Shown in pieces: positions 37,811 to 47,904 of a stretch of DNA of 64,000 nucleotides. The stretch is taken from the IMG/VR virus record IMGVR_UViG_3300045988_126062; one strand, given 5' to 3'. This stretch comes from a virus. Every line of letters begins with the position of its first letter. Positions within the stretch are counted from its first letter, which is position 1. The position numbers and the translations under genes were made by a program. The notes below the pieces were generated by a model. It searched no databases. It was given only the letters and a program-made list of their open reading frames with translations, and was not told the DNA's origin.

Positions 37811-38047
37811 ATGAGGTATTTTATTTTATTGATGGCACTTGTGTTATCATCATGTTCGCATGATGATAGTCAGGTTAATAACGGATGGGTTATATATGAT
37901 TTACGTCCTTTAGAAGATGGATGTATAATGTATTATGGTAAAGACGAAAGAATTTCAATATTTTATAATAATAGGCTTATAAAATTCGTTGGATACCAAG
38001 GGGAATACAATATCGGAGATTCTATTAAGATCGTAAAAGTTAAATAA
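37811..38047 (+). CDS. Putative small lipoprotein (signal peptide ending LSSCSHDD), 78 aa
   Basis: N-terminal hydrophobic segment followed by a Cys lipobox-like motif. Confidence 0.45.
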   Translation: MRYFILLMALVLSSCSHDDSQVNNGWVIYDLRPLEDGCIMYYGKDERISIFYNNRLIKFVGYQGEYNIGDSIKIVKVK

Positions 38048-38048
38048 T

Positions 38049-38537
38049 ATGGAAAAGAATTTAAAACTCATATGTCCAAAATGTGGCACTCCTCACCAGC
38101 CTCATTCTCCGCACACGATGGATGCAGATGGATTTGAAAGGTGTGAGATAAGAACTGTCATGGAAGACAGGGGGTGGTGCTACGAATGCTCTTTTTGGCA
38201 AAACTTGTACGACAAGCACAAAGACGATCCAGGATGGGTTAGGATAGACGGTGAAAGCTGGGTGCTTAAGCCTATGGTGGAAAACGTACCGAGCGGATGG
38301 AACAGCCTTGGATGTGGTGGAAGAAAAATGTATATCAATATCGAAGGGAAAGGCATTGTTACATCAAATAACTGCTGGTGTCAAGGTGATGTTTCGGACG
38401 CATTCAAGGATCTTATGCCTGATAATGCTACTTGGGCTACGAAGGAGGAATTTGACAAAGCTCCTGTAGTAGGACATATCATAGAAGGTATTGGTTTAGT
38501 TTTCACAGATAGGGGAGGTCATGAAGTTAATGCTTAG
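38049..38537 (+). CDS. Hypothetical Cys/His-rich protein (162 aa)
   Basis: CPKCGTPHQPHSPH... Confidence 0.5.
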   Translation: MEKNLKLICPKCGTPHQPHSPHTMDADGFERCEIRTVMEDRGWCYECSFWQNLYDKHKDDPGWVRIDGESWVLKPMVENVPSGWNSLGCGGRKMYINIEGKGIVTSNNCWCQGDVSDAFKDLMPDNATWATKEEFDKAPVVGHIIEGIGLVFTDRGGHEVNA

Positions 38538-38580
38538 AAACTTATTTCATGTTCTGCTTATACAAGAAAAGATGGTAACT

Positions 38581-38627
38581 ACAACAATCCCCAACCATAC
38601 AATAGGCGTACGGTTGGGGATTGTTGT
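38581..38627. terminator. Strong bidirectional terminator between convergent modules: perfect 16-bp stem ACAACAATCCCCAACC/GGTTGGGGATTGTTGT with a 15-nt loop
   Basis: Read in sequence; lies between the last + gene and the first - gene. Confidence 0.6.
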
Positions 38628-39364
38628 CATATCGTAAAATTAAGTGTTTCTTCTAATATCAGATATTCAGTATGAACTTTACTTCCGCCATCATTTATCA
38701 AGTCCAAATTAATATAAGCTGTATATGATACATGATGATCACCAGGAGCAAGACGTTTCATATCTGATAAGAACACAGAATTTAAACCTTGGCCAGACCA
38801 TGATTCTGGATATGGCAAAGGTTTAAAGTCGGCGTCTGTACATCTTACAACCCAAGTAAGATTAGGATCTGCCCTAACTATTCTATCATGAGGTCCATCA
38901 ATTACAAGATCTGGCATCTCATATTGGTCACTACCATAATTAAGGACAATAGGATCACCAAAGTTTACACCGTATATAGCAGCAGGTGGAGTGAAGCTTG
39001 TTATTAAAAAGGTTCTATAAATCCTATTGGTTGTTCTTAGTGTAAACTCATCAGGTGCTATCACACTTACTCTAAATCCATAATAAGGAGAGGTTGTTAA
39101 AGCAATAGCAAGAACCACCGAATCCTGTTCAAGCAATTCCTCTGTCGTATCAACCTGACTATCGATCTCTTGCCTATCTTCCATTGGAACACCGCCTTGG
39201 ACACTTATGGAATCCAGCCGTTCTTTTTTAGACAGAAAGATAAATTGCCCGCCCTGTGGAATGGTGCCTACTTTCTTTCCTTCTACGATTACCCCCCCCC
39301 CTATGCAGTTGCTAACTATTTTATACTCATATAGTTTAGCATTATTTTGATATCTTCTTCTCAT
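38627..39364 (-). CDS. Hypothetical protein (245 aa) containing a G10 homopolymer at codons 22-24
   Basis: ORF track. Confidence 0.5.
   Translation of the reverse strand: MRRRYQNNAKLYEYKIVSNCIGGGVIVEGKKVGTIPQGGQFIFLSKKERLDSISVQGGVPMEDRQEIDSQVDTTEELLEQDSVVLAIALTTSPYYGFRVSVIAPDEFTLRTTNRIYRTFLITSFTPPAAIYGVNFGDPIVLNYGSDQYEMPDLVIDGPHDRIVRADPNLTWVVRCTDADFKPLPYPESWSGQGLNSVFLSDMKRLAPGDHHVSYTAYINLDLINDGGSKVHTEYLILEETLNFTI
39292..39301. repeat. Homopolymeric C10 tract (G10 on the coding strand) inside the 5' end of ORF 38627..39364; slipped-strand phase-variation candidate
   Basis: Counted directly: ...gattaCCCCCCCCCCtatgc... Confidence 0.9.
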
Positions 39365-39552
39365 AATTTCATAAAATTAATTCGGTAAAGGGGCGGACAT
39401 AATGTGAACTACCCCTTGAACCTGTATCCAAATGATCTCCTTGGATGTTTATATCATAATACCACGAATAGGTAAATTTTGTATTTCGAGTGGATGTCCA
39501 CATTCTATTACTCATTATCGTACCTCCTACCATTAAAAGGCATTCGTTTATT

Positions 39553-39987
39553 TCATTCGCATACAATGATATCAAAAAAAAACTCTCCGGCGCCACCTAC
39601 ATATCCATTTTGACCATTTTTAAATAAATAGCTATTAGCTTTATTAAAAGCGTAATTTTCATTACTGGTATCATATTCAAGATACGCATTCTGATTTTCA
39701 CGCCCCCAATAATCCTTTTTAATAGTTCCCATATTAGAACTATCTTGTGCAAATATATTGTCTATTTTTCCATCCTTACCCCAACGAAATGTGCCAATAT
39801 ATTCGGTGGCTATAACAAAACACACTTTATCTACAAGAGCTATTCCATTGCATAGATTATTGGAATATCCTTTATTAGACCAATTTTCTTTCGTATATAA
39901 TCCTCCGTCTACATGTTGGATATATATGCCTTTATTGATTATAAGCGAGGGATTTACCCCCATCCCTATTTGAAATCTTCGTCTCAT
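39553..39987 (-). CDS. Hypothetical protein (start at the ATG at 39987, MRRRFQIGMG...), 144 aa
   Basis: ORF track trimmed to the first ATG, which is preceded by an A9 leader. Confidence 0.45.
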   Translation of the reverse strand: MRRRFQIGMGVNPSLIINKGIYIQHVDGGLYTKENWSNKGYSNNLCNGIALVDKVCFVIATEYIGTFRWGKDGKIDNIFAQDSSNMGTIKKDYWGRENQNAYLEYDTSNENYAFNKANSYLFKNGQNGYVGGAGEFFFDIIVCE

Positions 39988-40014
39988 GATTTTTTTTTGC
40001 AAGATAGCAATAAT

Positions 40015-40064
40015 TGACAACATAAAAGAAACCGGTTCCCTATCATCTCTGACTGAGAACCGGT
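40015..40064 (-). terminator. Minus-strand terminator after the 2140-aa gene: stem ACCGGTTC/GAACCGGT followed by a T-rich run
   Basis: Read in sequence. Confidence 0.5.
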
Positions 40065-40200
40065 AAGAAAACAATTTCAGAAAAAATTTAACCTACATAA
40101 TCTTTCAAGTAAGAACAAAAAACATACAATCTACTCTTTGACGATGCTAATATAACATATTGGAATCATACAAAAACAATGCAAGTCCGATATTCTTCGT

Positions 40201-43200
40201 CTACTTGTAGCTCACATCATCGTCTCCTTCTGAATCAGGAGTAGCGCCGATGAAGAACATCATTGACTTGTTGTTTGTCTGCTGCCACCAATTATAGGCG
40301 CGCGCTACGTCTTCCGGCGTCTTGATATTATACCATTGTTTGATAAACGTCTGTTTGGCGAGTTGCCTAAATAACTTAGACTCTCCCTTGTATGTACCGG
40401 ATGTTACTTTATCAAGTGAATAATTCCTAAGATCGGTAAGATCCTTCAGTTTTCGCCCCATAACAAACGGATCGTTAATGATATCTACCACGTTAAGCTC
40501 CATAATAAACGGCATCTGTGAAGCTATTTCGTTTATGGTTCTGAATCCGACATAGGATCCAAATTGAGTAAGCCAACTTTCTTCGTTTTCATCATCATCA
40601 CGCCATCCGGCAAGAAGCATAGATACGGCCTGCATGATAAGGAACGTGCCGGCATAGACACTGAGACGTTTGAGATTGGTTTTTTCTACCTCATTCATAT
40701 TGTCTTTATTTTCGTTCCAGGCATCTATGATGTTTTTCATACCAGACTCGGAAGCCAGGCTAAATGTTTTGGCTATCATATTCTTTAACGTAATTGACAA
40801 CCCTTCCTCTTCTTGCATTGTCTGGAAATTGAAGCCACGTCTTTTCCACAGACGTTGAGCCGCCAGCACCAACCATCCTCGGTGGGCGGTCATGAACCTG
40901 GCTATCCAGTTGCGCGATGCGGCAGTTCGGTTTTCTTCATTCAAAGATCCGTTACATATCTGCGACAAGCTACGGACTTGATTCCTGGTTATAGCCATCT
41001 GGGTTTCAACTTCCTCAACAGTAACACCCGATCCCGGCTTTACAACCACCTTTCCATCCACGACGTCTACCATACTCCATAAAGTACGATCTTTTAATGC
41101 GTTCCATTCTCTTTTTATGGTACTCTGTTCTTTATTGCGTTCTTTTTCCATCTTGAAATCTTGGAACGTGTAGAACCGGCCTTTGTAATAACGAACATTG
41201 TCCATAGTAGCAATCATAACCTGCGGATCAAGAGGGTAGTTCAGGATTTCCATAAAAGCATACATAGGCGAACGCATTAAGGTCCTGGCCGCTCTATTGT
41301 ATCCGGCACCATACATACGATTTCGGATATTGAATATCCCCATTCTCTCACCTATGACATATAATTTGCTTTTCCTATCTATGTCTCCGGTTTCTGCTAT
41401 ACAAGATGGCGCAAGACGGGAAAACTCAGCCGATGCGTATTTAAGGGAATCTTTGCTTATATACTGTCCTACGGCTGATTCCATGATGAGGTTGATATGG
41501 CCTGTCAGGGCGCCGGTAGCTGCCACAAACGGAGACAGTGCCAAGTTCATAACCGACATAAATCTTTCAACAGCCATCATAATTCTTGTAAGGTCTACCG
41601 TATATCCTCCGATGTTCACCGTAAGTTTTTTGGTGTTCATCCTAATGCCATAATAATGATCGTTGAAGAAGTCCCTGAACATCTGATATGCTTGGGTTGC
41701 TTCAGCCTTTTTACCACCTTCAAATTGTTTATTTAGTAACATCTGCTCCAGTCCTTGGGCAAGCTCTATAGACTTCTGCTTTTCGTTGTATAACGATGAT
41801 TGCATCATAAGCATCGAATAAGAGTAGCCAAAATCGTGAGATACATCATCTTGGTTCTCCAATTCATATATGTAGTATTTAGGTATAGACCTAAGCCTGT
41901 CTTCTGGATCATACACTTCTCCTTGCCTGGTCTTACCATATAGAGAATCGTCTACTCTGTCCAGGCACAGATCTGATACAAAATTACGAACCGTATTTTT
42001 GAAGTTAATACCCAATCCTTCTACACGTTCTATATCTTGTTTGGATATCTGTGGAATAGCATACAGGTTCGGGCTCTGCTCTTTGTATAGATCAAGGGAT
42101 TGTCTTTTTATTTCCTTGAGTTTTTGAATCATATTCCACTGCTCTACGTTTTTAGTAGCAACCTCATTACCGTCAGCATCATACTTGATACCAAAGTCAT
42201 TGAAATACGATTCGTCACGATACAGGCTTTTCTTAGGCATTCGATGACCATACCCATGATCTTTTACATAATCAGGATTACGACCGCTATTTTCGGCTTC
42301 AGATTCAGCCACCCATGCCCTTGCAGGGTCGAAAGACAAGTACGATATGTCCATGCCATAATCTTGGGTGGATGTACCGTTTTGTACGTCCTTAACCATT
42401 TGCGCCACATCTATCTCACCTCGACCGATTTTGTCGATCATAGCTGCATATCCGGTAGGCGCCATGCGTTTATAGTACGAAAAAACCTGGCTTCTGGCAA
42501 ATTCATTAACAATAGCATTAGCTTCTTCTACGCCCTCTTCTCTTGTATTATTTAAAAATAAGCTGGCCATCTTAGCATTAACAGCATTCCTGAAATCTCT
42601 ACCGTCTAATTCTTTGCTTATACCAAGCTTTTCTGACAGGTAGTTGGTTTCAGATACGGTAAACAGATATCGGTTATCAGCAGCCTTAAACAGCTTATCC
42701 CTTAAAGCCTGAATCCTTTTTGCTTTCTTCGCCGTAGTATGACGTTGTACGAACTTCCATTCCACTTCCTTGGAGTCAGCAAGAGCATTTAAATAAGACT
42801 GATTTACTTCGTTTTCAGCCTTACTGCTTTTAGTAAGGTACTTATCAATATCTTCAAGACCCACCATCTTAGCATAATCTATCAAAATAGCGTAATCGGC
42901 TTCAATAGCTTCAGATGCGGCCCTAAAAGCATCTCTTTCGGATGAGGTAAATGTCGCTTCGTTAATTTCTCCGATATCAGCCACATCGCGATTGTTTCCG
43001 ATTATTTCCTTGATAATAGCCTTATTTTTTTCTATATCTTTCACAATAGAATCCACGTCAGTCGCATCTCTATCACTTGTCGTAGAACTAATGATATCAT
43101 GCGCCATTTTAAGATACGAAGCCTTGTTATTTGATTCGGTACGTGCCGACTGTTCTGATTCTACATCATTCCAAAACCGATCGTTGAATGACAGGTGACC

Positions 43201-46200
43201 TCCCAACATAAGTGTCTTCAGCGCAGCTTCTCCTCCAGACTCGCTCTGAATCGTTCTTAATTTTTGCAAAAACGATTCTGATACGGCATTAGTGGCATTA
43301 TTTGATTCCTTTCTCCAAACTTCATTTATAGCTTGTATTTCTTTGGCCATCTTAAGTTGGTCGCCGGTTTTTTCCACTCTCCTGGTTCCTACATATATGT
43401 ATTCTGAAGCTGCTTCCTTACGTTGTTTACGAAGCAGTCCTTCTTCTTCGTAATTGCTGCTTTTAAAATAGGCAACCTCATCAAAATTACCACCGCTATC
43501 AATAAAAGGCTGCCTCAATATCCGTTTTTGCCGGGATAGGGCATTAAGATATTCTTTGGTTGTTTGAGAAACCGGATACCCTAATTCTTCTTCAGCCTTT
43601 TTGTATATGGATTCCATTCTTGTGGCATAACTTTCGCTAAATTCCAGTTCCGAATTTTCAGCATCCCACTTTTCCATCTGCTCTGCATAGATCTTTTCCT
43701 GCTCGATGGTAAAAATATCGGTATTAACCCTATCAGACGATGGTTTGAATTTAGCGTTTTCAGTAACCGTATTTCCATCCTTGTCAACTACTTCTCTTTT
43801 AAATACGTAATTACGGTTATTGTCAACCACATCACCAATTTCTTCTTCTGATATCTCTATGTTCATGGCAGTCGCAAACGCTCGCATCTGCGCCAGCTTC
43901 TTATTACGATCGTATTTAGCCATATCAAGAGCACTACGAAGGTAATTAGAAGTTTTGCCGTCTACTTTCTGAAGCAGTTTTTCAAATTCAGATTTGTTAA
44001 AACCATGCTTTTTCGCATATGCCAGGAAATCGGATATGGCGGGCTGGGCATTCACCATCGCATTGTAATTGTCTTTGGCAATCATAGCTCCAAGAGCGTT
44101 ATTGAACGGACTGGAAGAATGCTCTAATATACCGAACCACCTACTTATCCAAGAAACATCGTGTTGAACCTTGTCGAAAAATTCTTTTACTCTCTTTACC
44201 TTATCTGCCGGCACATGAAGTTCGTTCATTAACTTATCAAGCAACGTACTTTCATCAAGGTCTTGTACTGATTTAATATCAGACTGAATACCATTGATGT
44301 CGGCAATGACGGTATTGATCCTATTTGTATAATCCTGCTTTTCACGTTCATCAAATTCGGTACTTCTGTTACGGATATATCCTCGAAGATCGTTCATGAT
44401 CGGAAGAACCTGATTGTTGATAATATCTACGTTCTTTCGATCATTGGTACTGAAGTGAAGCTTACCGTCTTTGGTATCACCATGAAGGATGGTGTTCACC
44501 ACATTGCTTAAGTATCTGACCTGAGCTTCGGCTGTAGAGATCATGCTGTTCATGGCAGCCGCCATCTCATTCTTGTCTATTTCGGTCTCTACCTTATTTA
44601 TCTTATCTTCTATGGTCTTAAGCTGAGCAAGGGTCATAGACGTAGTTACAGCCCTATCAGAGCTTATCTGACGTAAGTCTCTTAATGTTTTCCTTAATGC
44701 CAGGATCTTAGACTCAAGAAACTTGTTCTTGTTCATAGAAGAAAGGGAGTATAATGTAAAGTCATTATCCTTTAACAGAGAGGTGTCAAATCCTTTATCT
44801 ATGTCAGTAATGGCAAGATCACGAATGTTTTTAATAACGTTATTCAAATCTTGTCTTTGGGTTGATAAAGCTGATTTAAGCCAGCTTACGATTCCAGAGA
44901 AAAGCTGCCGGACGCGCCCCAGGAAGGAGGTGGGCTCTACCGGCGCCTGTGCTGTGCCGGTCTGCATCTCCCTGGCGAGGATCTTTCCAAGAATTTCTCT
45001 CCTAACAGCATTATCAAGTTCAGAGCCTTCATATACCTTACCGTATGTATTATAATACTGACCTGCATACTGATTCCATTCTTCAGTGCCTTCTACATCT
45101 TGCAAAACAGATTCAACAGCATTCTGATCTCTGTACGCCTCTACGAGAAAGTGTGCTGTTTCTTCTACTAAGTCAGACAAAGTAGCATCTTCACCGACTG
45201 CTATTACGTTATTGGCAATATCCGCCAATGCCTTAGCAGAAGGTTCGTGTCCGTATTTAGTTTGGTACTTCTCTATATAATCGGTCATGCCAACGACACT
45301 AACGCCCAGCGTTTTCAGTATCTCAACAATAGAATTTCGTTGATTACGTTCCTCTTGGCTATAATCCGATACTATCTTAGCTTTAGCATCAGCATAAAGA
45401 TCGTTGTCTTCTAATATGAATGAAACTACAAGCGCATCAAAATGATCGTACTTAGCATCCAATTCATTGTATCTTCCTGACTTGAGATCGTTCTTTATCT
45501 GCTCCTTGCTAATCCTCTCCGTTCCTCCGGTGGCGAGCCTCATAGTTACCTTACTATTATCCAATGAATTTATGGTTATCATACCCTGGTCGTTCATGGA
45601 AACATCGGAACCAAAATGATTACGGAGCTCAGTGTAGGATAAGGCTGAATTGAAAAGTCTAATTTGTCCTGTATGTCCTTCTCCTGTAAGATAATAGCTC
45701 CTTGTTTCAGGATCGAATATCTTGGATCCGGACAAAAGACCTTTCTTTATAAGGTAGTTAATTATCCCGCCTTTCGTTGATAAAGAAGTAGAAGCAGAAG
45801 CGGTCATGACCGGTATAAAAGATTTGGGATTATTAAGAACATACTTCCCAGCCTTGTAAGTAATGTCTGCCACGCCATCCACGGTAGATTCTTGAACGGT
45901 GCCGGATAAGAATCCTATTCTAATATCATTCCCGCCAGAGCGAAGAGCTTCTCCGTAATCTTCAAATAATTGACTACGATCGTTCATGAAAAACAAACGA
46001 GGCTCTCCGGTCTGATACGTTACACCCACAGGATTAGAATCTGTTTCTGGTAGCTCTTCTGGGCTAAATATCTTAAGACCGTCTTTTATAACCATATAAT
46101 CAACACCCTTATCCTGCACCATAGATACGGGAGTGAAGTCCGAAGATATAGCATCTTGTAGATACTGACCGGCGTCTATTCCAGGTCCTTCCGGCACGGA

Positions 46201-46623
46201 AATACTTGACGGAACCATAGCATCCACCAACATAATATTATCACCCAGATCTTGGCTGTAGAATCCAAAGCCCGATTCTCGGATTCCATAAGGTGCATCT
46301 GATTTTGACACAAGGATAGGGTTACTCATCTTAGAAGCCTTATCCAGCACCCTTTCCCTGTAGGTTTCAGGAATAAGATCAATATTGGATTTTACCTTAT
46401 TATAAGCCTGTTTATTAACAGGTACATTCCTTCTCCAGTCACCAAAAGCCTTTAAGAACTTATTAGAAAATACGGTTTTAAAAACAGTAGTAGACCGTTC
46501 CCTGTTCTCCATAAGAGGAATAGATGCTATTTTATCAAACAACATAGACCTGTCCCCTGATCTGGTAGAGACAGAAACAACTTTCTTTTTATTATCTCTT
46601 TTAATAATACACGTTGATACCAT
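40201..46623 (-). CDS. Giant protein (2140 aa), probably a crAss-like virion/ejected protein; could be the virion RNA polymerase, but no catalytic motif was confirmed
   Basis: Uninterrupted 6.4-kb ORF; a gene of this size next to a second giant gene matches crAss-like architecture. Confidence 0.8.
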   Translation of the reverse strand: MVSTCIIKRDNKKKVVSVSTRSGDRSMLFDKIASIPLMENRERSTTVFKTVFSNKFLKAFGDWRRNVPVNKQAYNKVKSNIDLIPETYRERVLDKASKMSNPILVSKSDAPYGIRESGFGFYSQDLGDNIMLVDAMVPSSISVPEGPGIDAGQYLQDAISSDFTPVSMVQDKGVDYMVIKDGLKIFSPEELPETDSNPVGVTYQTGEPRLFFMNDRSQLFEDYGEALRSGGNDIRIGFLSGTVQESTVDGVADITYKAGKYVLNNPKSFIPVMTASASTSLSTKGGIINYLIKKGLLSGSKIFDPETRSYYLTGEGHTGQIRLFNSALSYTELRNHFGSDVSMNDQGMITINSLDNSKVTMRLATGGTERISKEQIKNDLKSGRYNELDAKYDHFDALVVSFILEDNDLYADAKAKIVSDYSQEERNQRNSIVEILKTLGVSVVGMTDYIEKYQTKYGHEPSAKALADIANNVIAVGEDATLSDLVEETAHFLVEAYRDQNAVESVLQDVEGTEEWNQYAGQYYNTYGKVYEGSELDNAVRREILGKILAREMQTGTAQAPVEPTSFLGRVRQLFSGIVSWLKSALSTQRQDLNNVIKNIRDLAITDIDKGFDTSLLKDNDFTLYSLSSMNKNKFLESKILALRKTLRDLRQISSDRAVTTSMTLAQLKTIEDKINKVETEIDKNEMAAAMNSMISTAEAQVRYLSNVVNTILHGDTKDGKLHFSTNDRKNVDIINNQVLPIMNDLRGYIRNRSTEFDEREKQDYTNRINTVIADINGIQSDIKSVQDLDESTLLDKLMNELHVPADKVKRVKEFFDKVQHDVSWISRWFGILEHSSSPFNNALGAMIAKDNYNAMVNAQPAISDFLAYAKKHGFNKSEFEKLLQKVDGKTSNYLRSALDMAKYDRNKKLAQMRAFATAMNIEISEEEIGDVVDNNRNYVFKREVVDKDGNTVTENAKFKPSSDRVNTDIFTIEQEKIYAEQMEKWDAENSELEFSESYATRMESIYKKAEEELGYPVSQTTKEYLNALSRQKRILRQPFIDSGGNFDEVAYFKSSNYEEEGLLRKQRKEAASEYIYVGTRRVEKTGDQLKMAKEIQAINEVWRKESNNATNAVSESFLQKLRTIQSESGGEAALKTLMLGGHLSFNDRFWNDVESEQSARTESNNKASYLKMAHDIISSTTSDRDATDVDSIVKDIEKNKAIIKEIIGNNRDVADIGEINEATFTSSERDAFRAASEAIEADYAILIDYAKMVGLEDIDKYLTKSSKAENEVNQSYLNALADSKEVEWKFVQRHTTAKKAKRIQALRDKLFKAADNRYLFTVSETNYLSEKLGISKELDGRDFRNAVNAKMASLFLNNTREEGVEEANAIVNEFARSQVFSYYKRMAPTGYAAMIDKIGRGEIDVAQMVKDVQNGTSTQDYGMDISYLSFDPARAWVAESEAENSGRNPDYVKDHGYGHRMPKKSLYRDESYFNDFGIKYDADGNEVATKNVEQWNMIQKLKEIKRQSLDLYKEQSPNLYAIPQISKQDIERVEGLGINFKNTVRNFVSDLCLDRVDDSLYGKTRQGEVYDPEDRLRSIPKYYIYELENQDDVSHDFGYSYSMLMMQSSLYNEKQKSIELAQGLEQMLLNKQFEGGKKAEATQAYQMFRDFFNDHYYGIRMNTKKLTVNIGGYTVDLTRIMMAVERFMSVMNLALSPFVAATGALTGHINLIMESAVGQYISKDSLKYASAEFSRLAPSCIAETGDIDRKSKLYVIGERMGIFNIRNRMYGAGYNRAARTLMRSPMYAFMEILNYPLDPQVMIATMDNVRYYKGRFYTFQDFKMEKERNKEQSTIKREWNALKDRTLWSMVDVVDGKVVVKPGSGVTVEEVETQMAITRNQVRSLSQICNGSLNEENRTAASRNWIARFMTAHRGWLVLAAQRLWKRRGFNFQTMQEEEGLSITLKNMIAKTFSLASESGMKNIIDAWNENKDNMNEVEKTNLKRLSVYAGTFLIMQAVSMLLAGWRDDDENEESWLTQFGSYVGFRTINEIASQMPFIMELNVVDIINDPFVMGRKLKDLTDLRNYSLDKVTSGTYKGESKLFRQLAKQTFIKQWYNIKTPEDVARAYNWWQQTNNKSMMFFIGATPDSEGDDDVSYK

Positions 46624-46646
46624 GATAAAACATTTTTGTTATGAGA

Positions 46647-46654
46647 CAAAGGTA
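46647..46654 (-). promoter_or_regulatory. Candidate -7 box TACCTTTG (TAnnTTTG) 23 nt upstream of the 2140-aa gene start
   Basis: Motif read on the minus strand. Confidence 0.3.
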
Positions 46655-46766
46655 GTTAAAAATAAAGCATATCATAAAAAATAAAGCCACCTAACTTCTC
46701 AGTCTGATGGCTTAAAAATAATATGAAAAAAAAATTATAATCTGACGAAAAATCGTCAAGTTCAGC

Positions 46767-47090
46767 TTATATGTAATGCATGTACCCATCTCGGTGTATA
46801 AACCTTCCCGATTCAAAGCGCTCAATATCTTCAGGGCAAATAGGGCCCGAATCCTCTCTCCTGGCTTCAAACCAAAGCCCCGGCTTACGAAGTCGGCAAG
46901 TTATGATATAGTTAAAGCAATTGTGCGTAAAATGGAAAACAGATCCTACAGGGAAATACCTATCAGCTTGAAATACGATTCTTTTTCGTTTAGTATCAAA
47001 CGTGATATCTCCTACTATCTTAGCCACGTAATAGCTTCTGCCATTTAACGTTTCATCTGTTTGTGGTATCCAATAATAACCTCTTGCCAT
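46767..47090 (-). CDS. Hypothetical protein (107 aa)
   Basis: ORF track. Confidence 0.4.
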   Translation of the reverse strand: MARGYYWIPQTDETLNGRSYYVAKIVGDITFDTKRKRIVFQADRYFPVGSVFHFTHNCFNYIITCRLRKPGLWFEARREDSGPICPEDIERFESGRFIHRDGYMHYI

Positions 47091-47193
47091 GCCACAAATA
47101 TAAAAAAAAGTCGGATAACTTACGTACCCGACTTTATTATTTGTTTAAATAGTTCAATTCCGCCATTTTTTTATGATATGTCCTGCTTGGTAA

Positions 47194-47544
47194 TCATATG
47201 ATAAACATTTCTTTCAAGATACTATTTTTTATACTATATATCAATTTCATCTCATCTCTATCATATACGTCAAAAAAGGATTCACTGGGGTCCTTTGGAT
47301 TTACGTTCAATTGAATTATGCAATTACCAGTATAAACCTTAAGCCTATAATTATCGGAGTATATATCCTGCATGGTTTCAAATGTCTCAATTAAATTTTC
47401 AACAAGTGCTCTGTTAAATGAAAAAGATTCTTTACCATCACCTTTAAATGTGATATGATCTAAATCCCTGTTGTCAAATTCATACTTTAATTGATTGCCG
47501 TCCATCATATCATAAAATATTGACTTTCTGATTATAAATCCCAT
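47194..47544 (-). CDS. Hypothetical protein (116 aa)
   Basis: ORF track. Confidence 0.4.
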   Translation of the reverse strand: MGFIIRKSIFYDMMDGNQLKYEFDNRDLDHITFKGDGKESFSFNRALVENLIETFETMQDIYSDNYRLKVYTGNCIIQLNVNPKDPSESFFDVYDRDEMKLIYSIKNSILKEMFII

Positions 47545-47561
47545 ATTGTTTTATTTTTTAG

Positions 47562-47867
47562 TTAATACAAATCTTCTGAATACAACTGTTCTCTAATGGC
47601 ACTCCTATCTACTACCATTTCTTGATTATTATTTCTAACAAGTTCAGACGCTACCTCTCTTGTTGAAAATCGGTTCTTGGTCGTCAAAAATCCTTGAACA
47701 CTGCGGTTTTTATGGGCAATACCATAAGCTGCAAACTGAGAAATGATAGAACAATGTCTCAATCCACAGAACACGGCGCCGGATGGTATATTGGTGGGCT
47801 GATGGGGACGCTTCTTGCCGTCCTGCACCCAGATGGCGGCGCATATTACTATTTCTTTATTATACAT
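47562..47867 (-). CDS. Hypothetical protein (101 aa)
   Basis: ORF track. Confidence 0.4.
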   Translation of the reverse strand: MYNKEIVICAAIWVQDGKKRPHQPTNIPSGAVFCGLRHCSIISQFAAYGIAHKNRSVQGFLTTKNRFSTREVASELVRNNNQEMVVDRSAIREQLYSEDLY

Positions 47868-47904
47868 GATACGTTTTTCTATTAAATTTATTAAATCTAT
47901 TCAT

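Noticed and set aside
39574-39998. A9 tracts (39574-39582 and 39990-39998, read as T9 and A9 on the minus strand) as phase-variation switches
   Set aside because: One lies 8 codons before the stop (FFF codons) and the other in the untranslated leader just upstream of the ATG. Bacteroidota leaders are normally A-rich, and neither tract would toggle a full-length product the way the G10 tract can.
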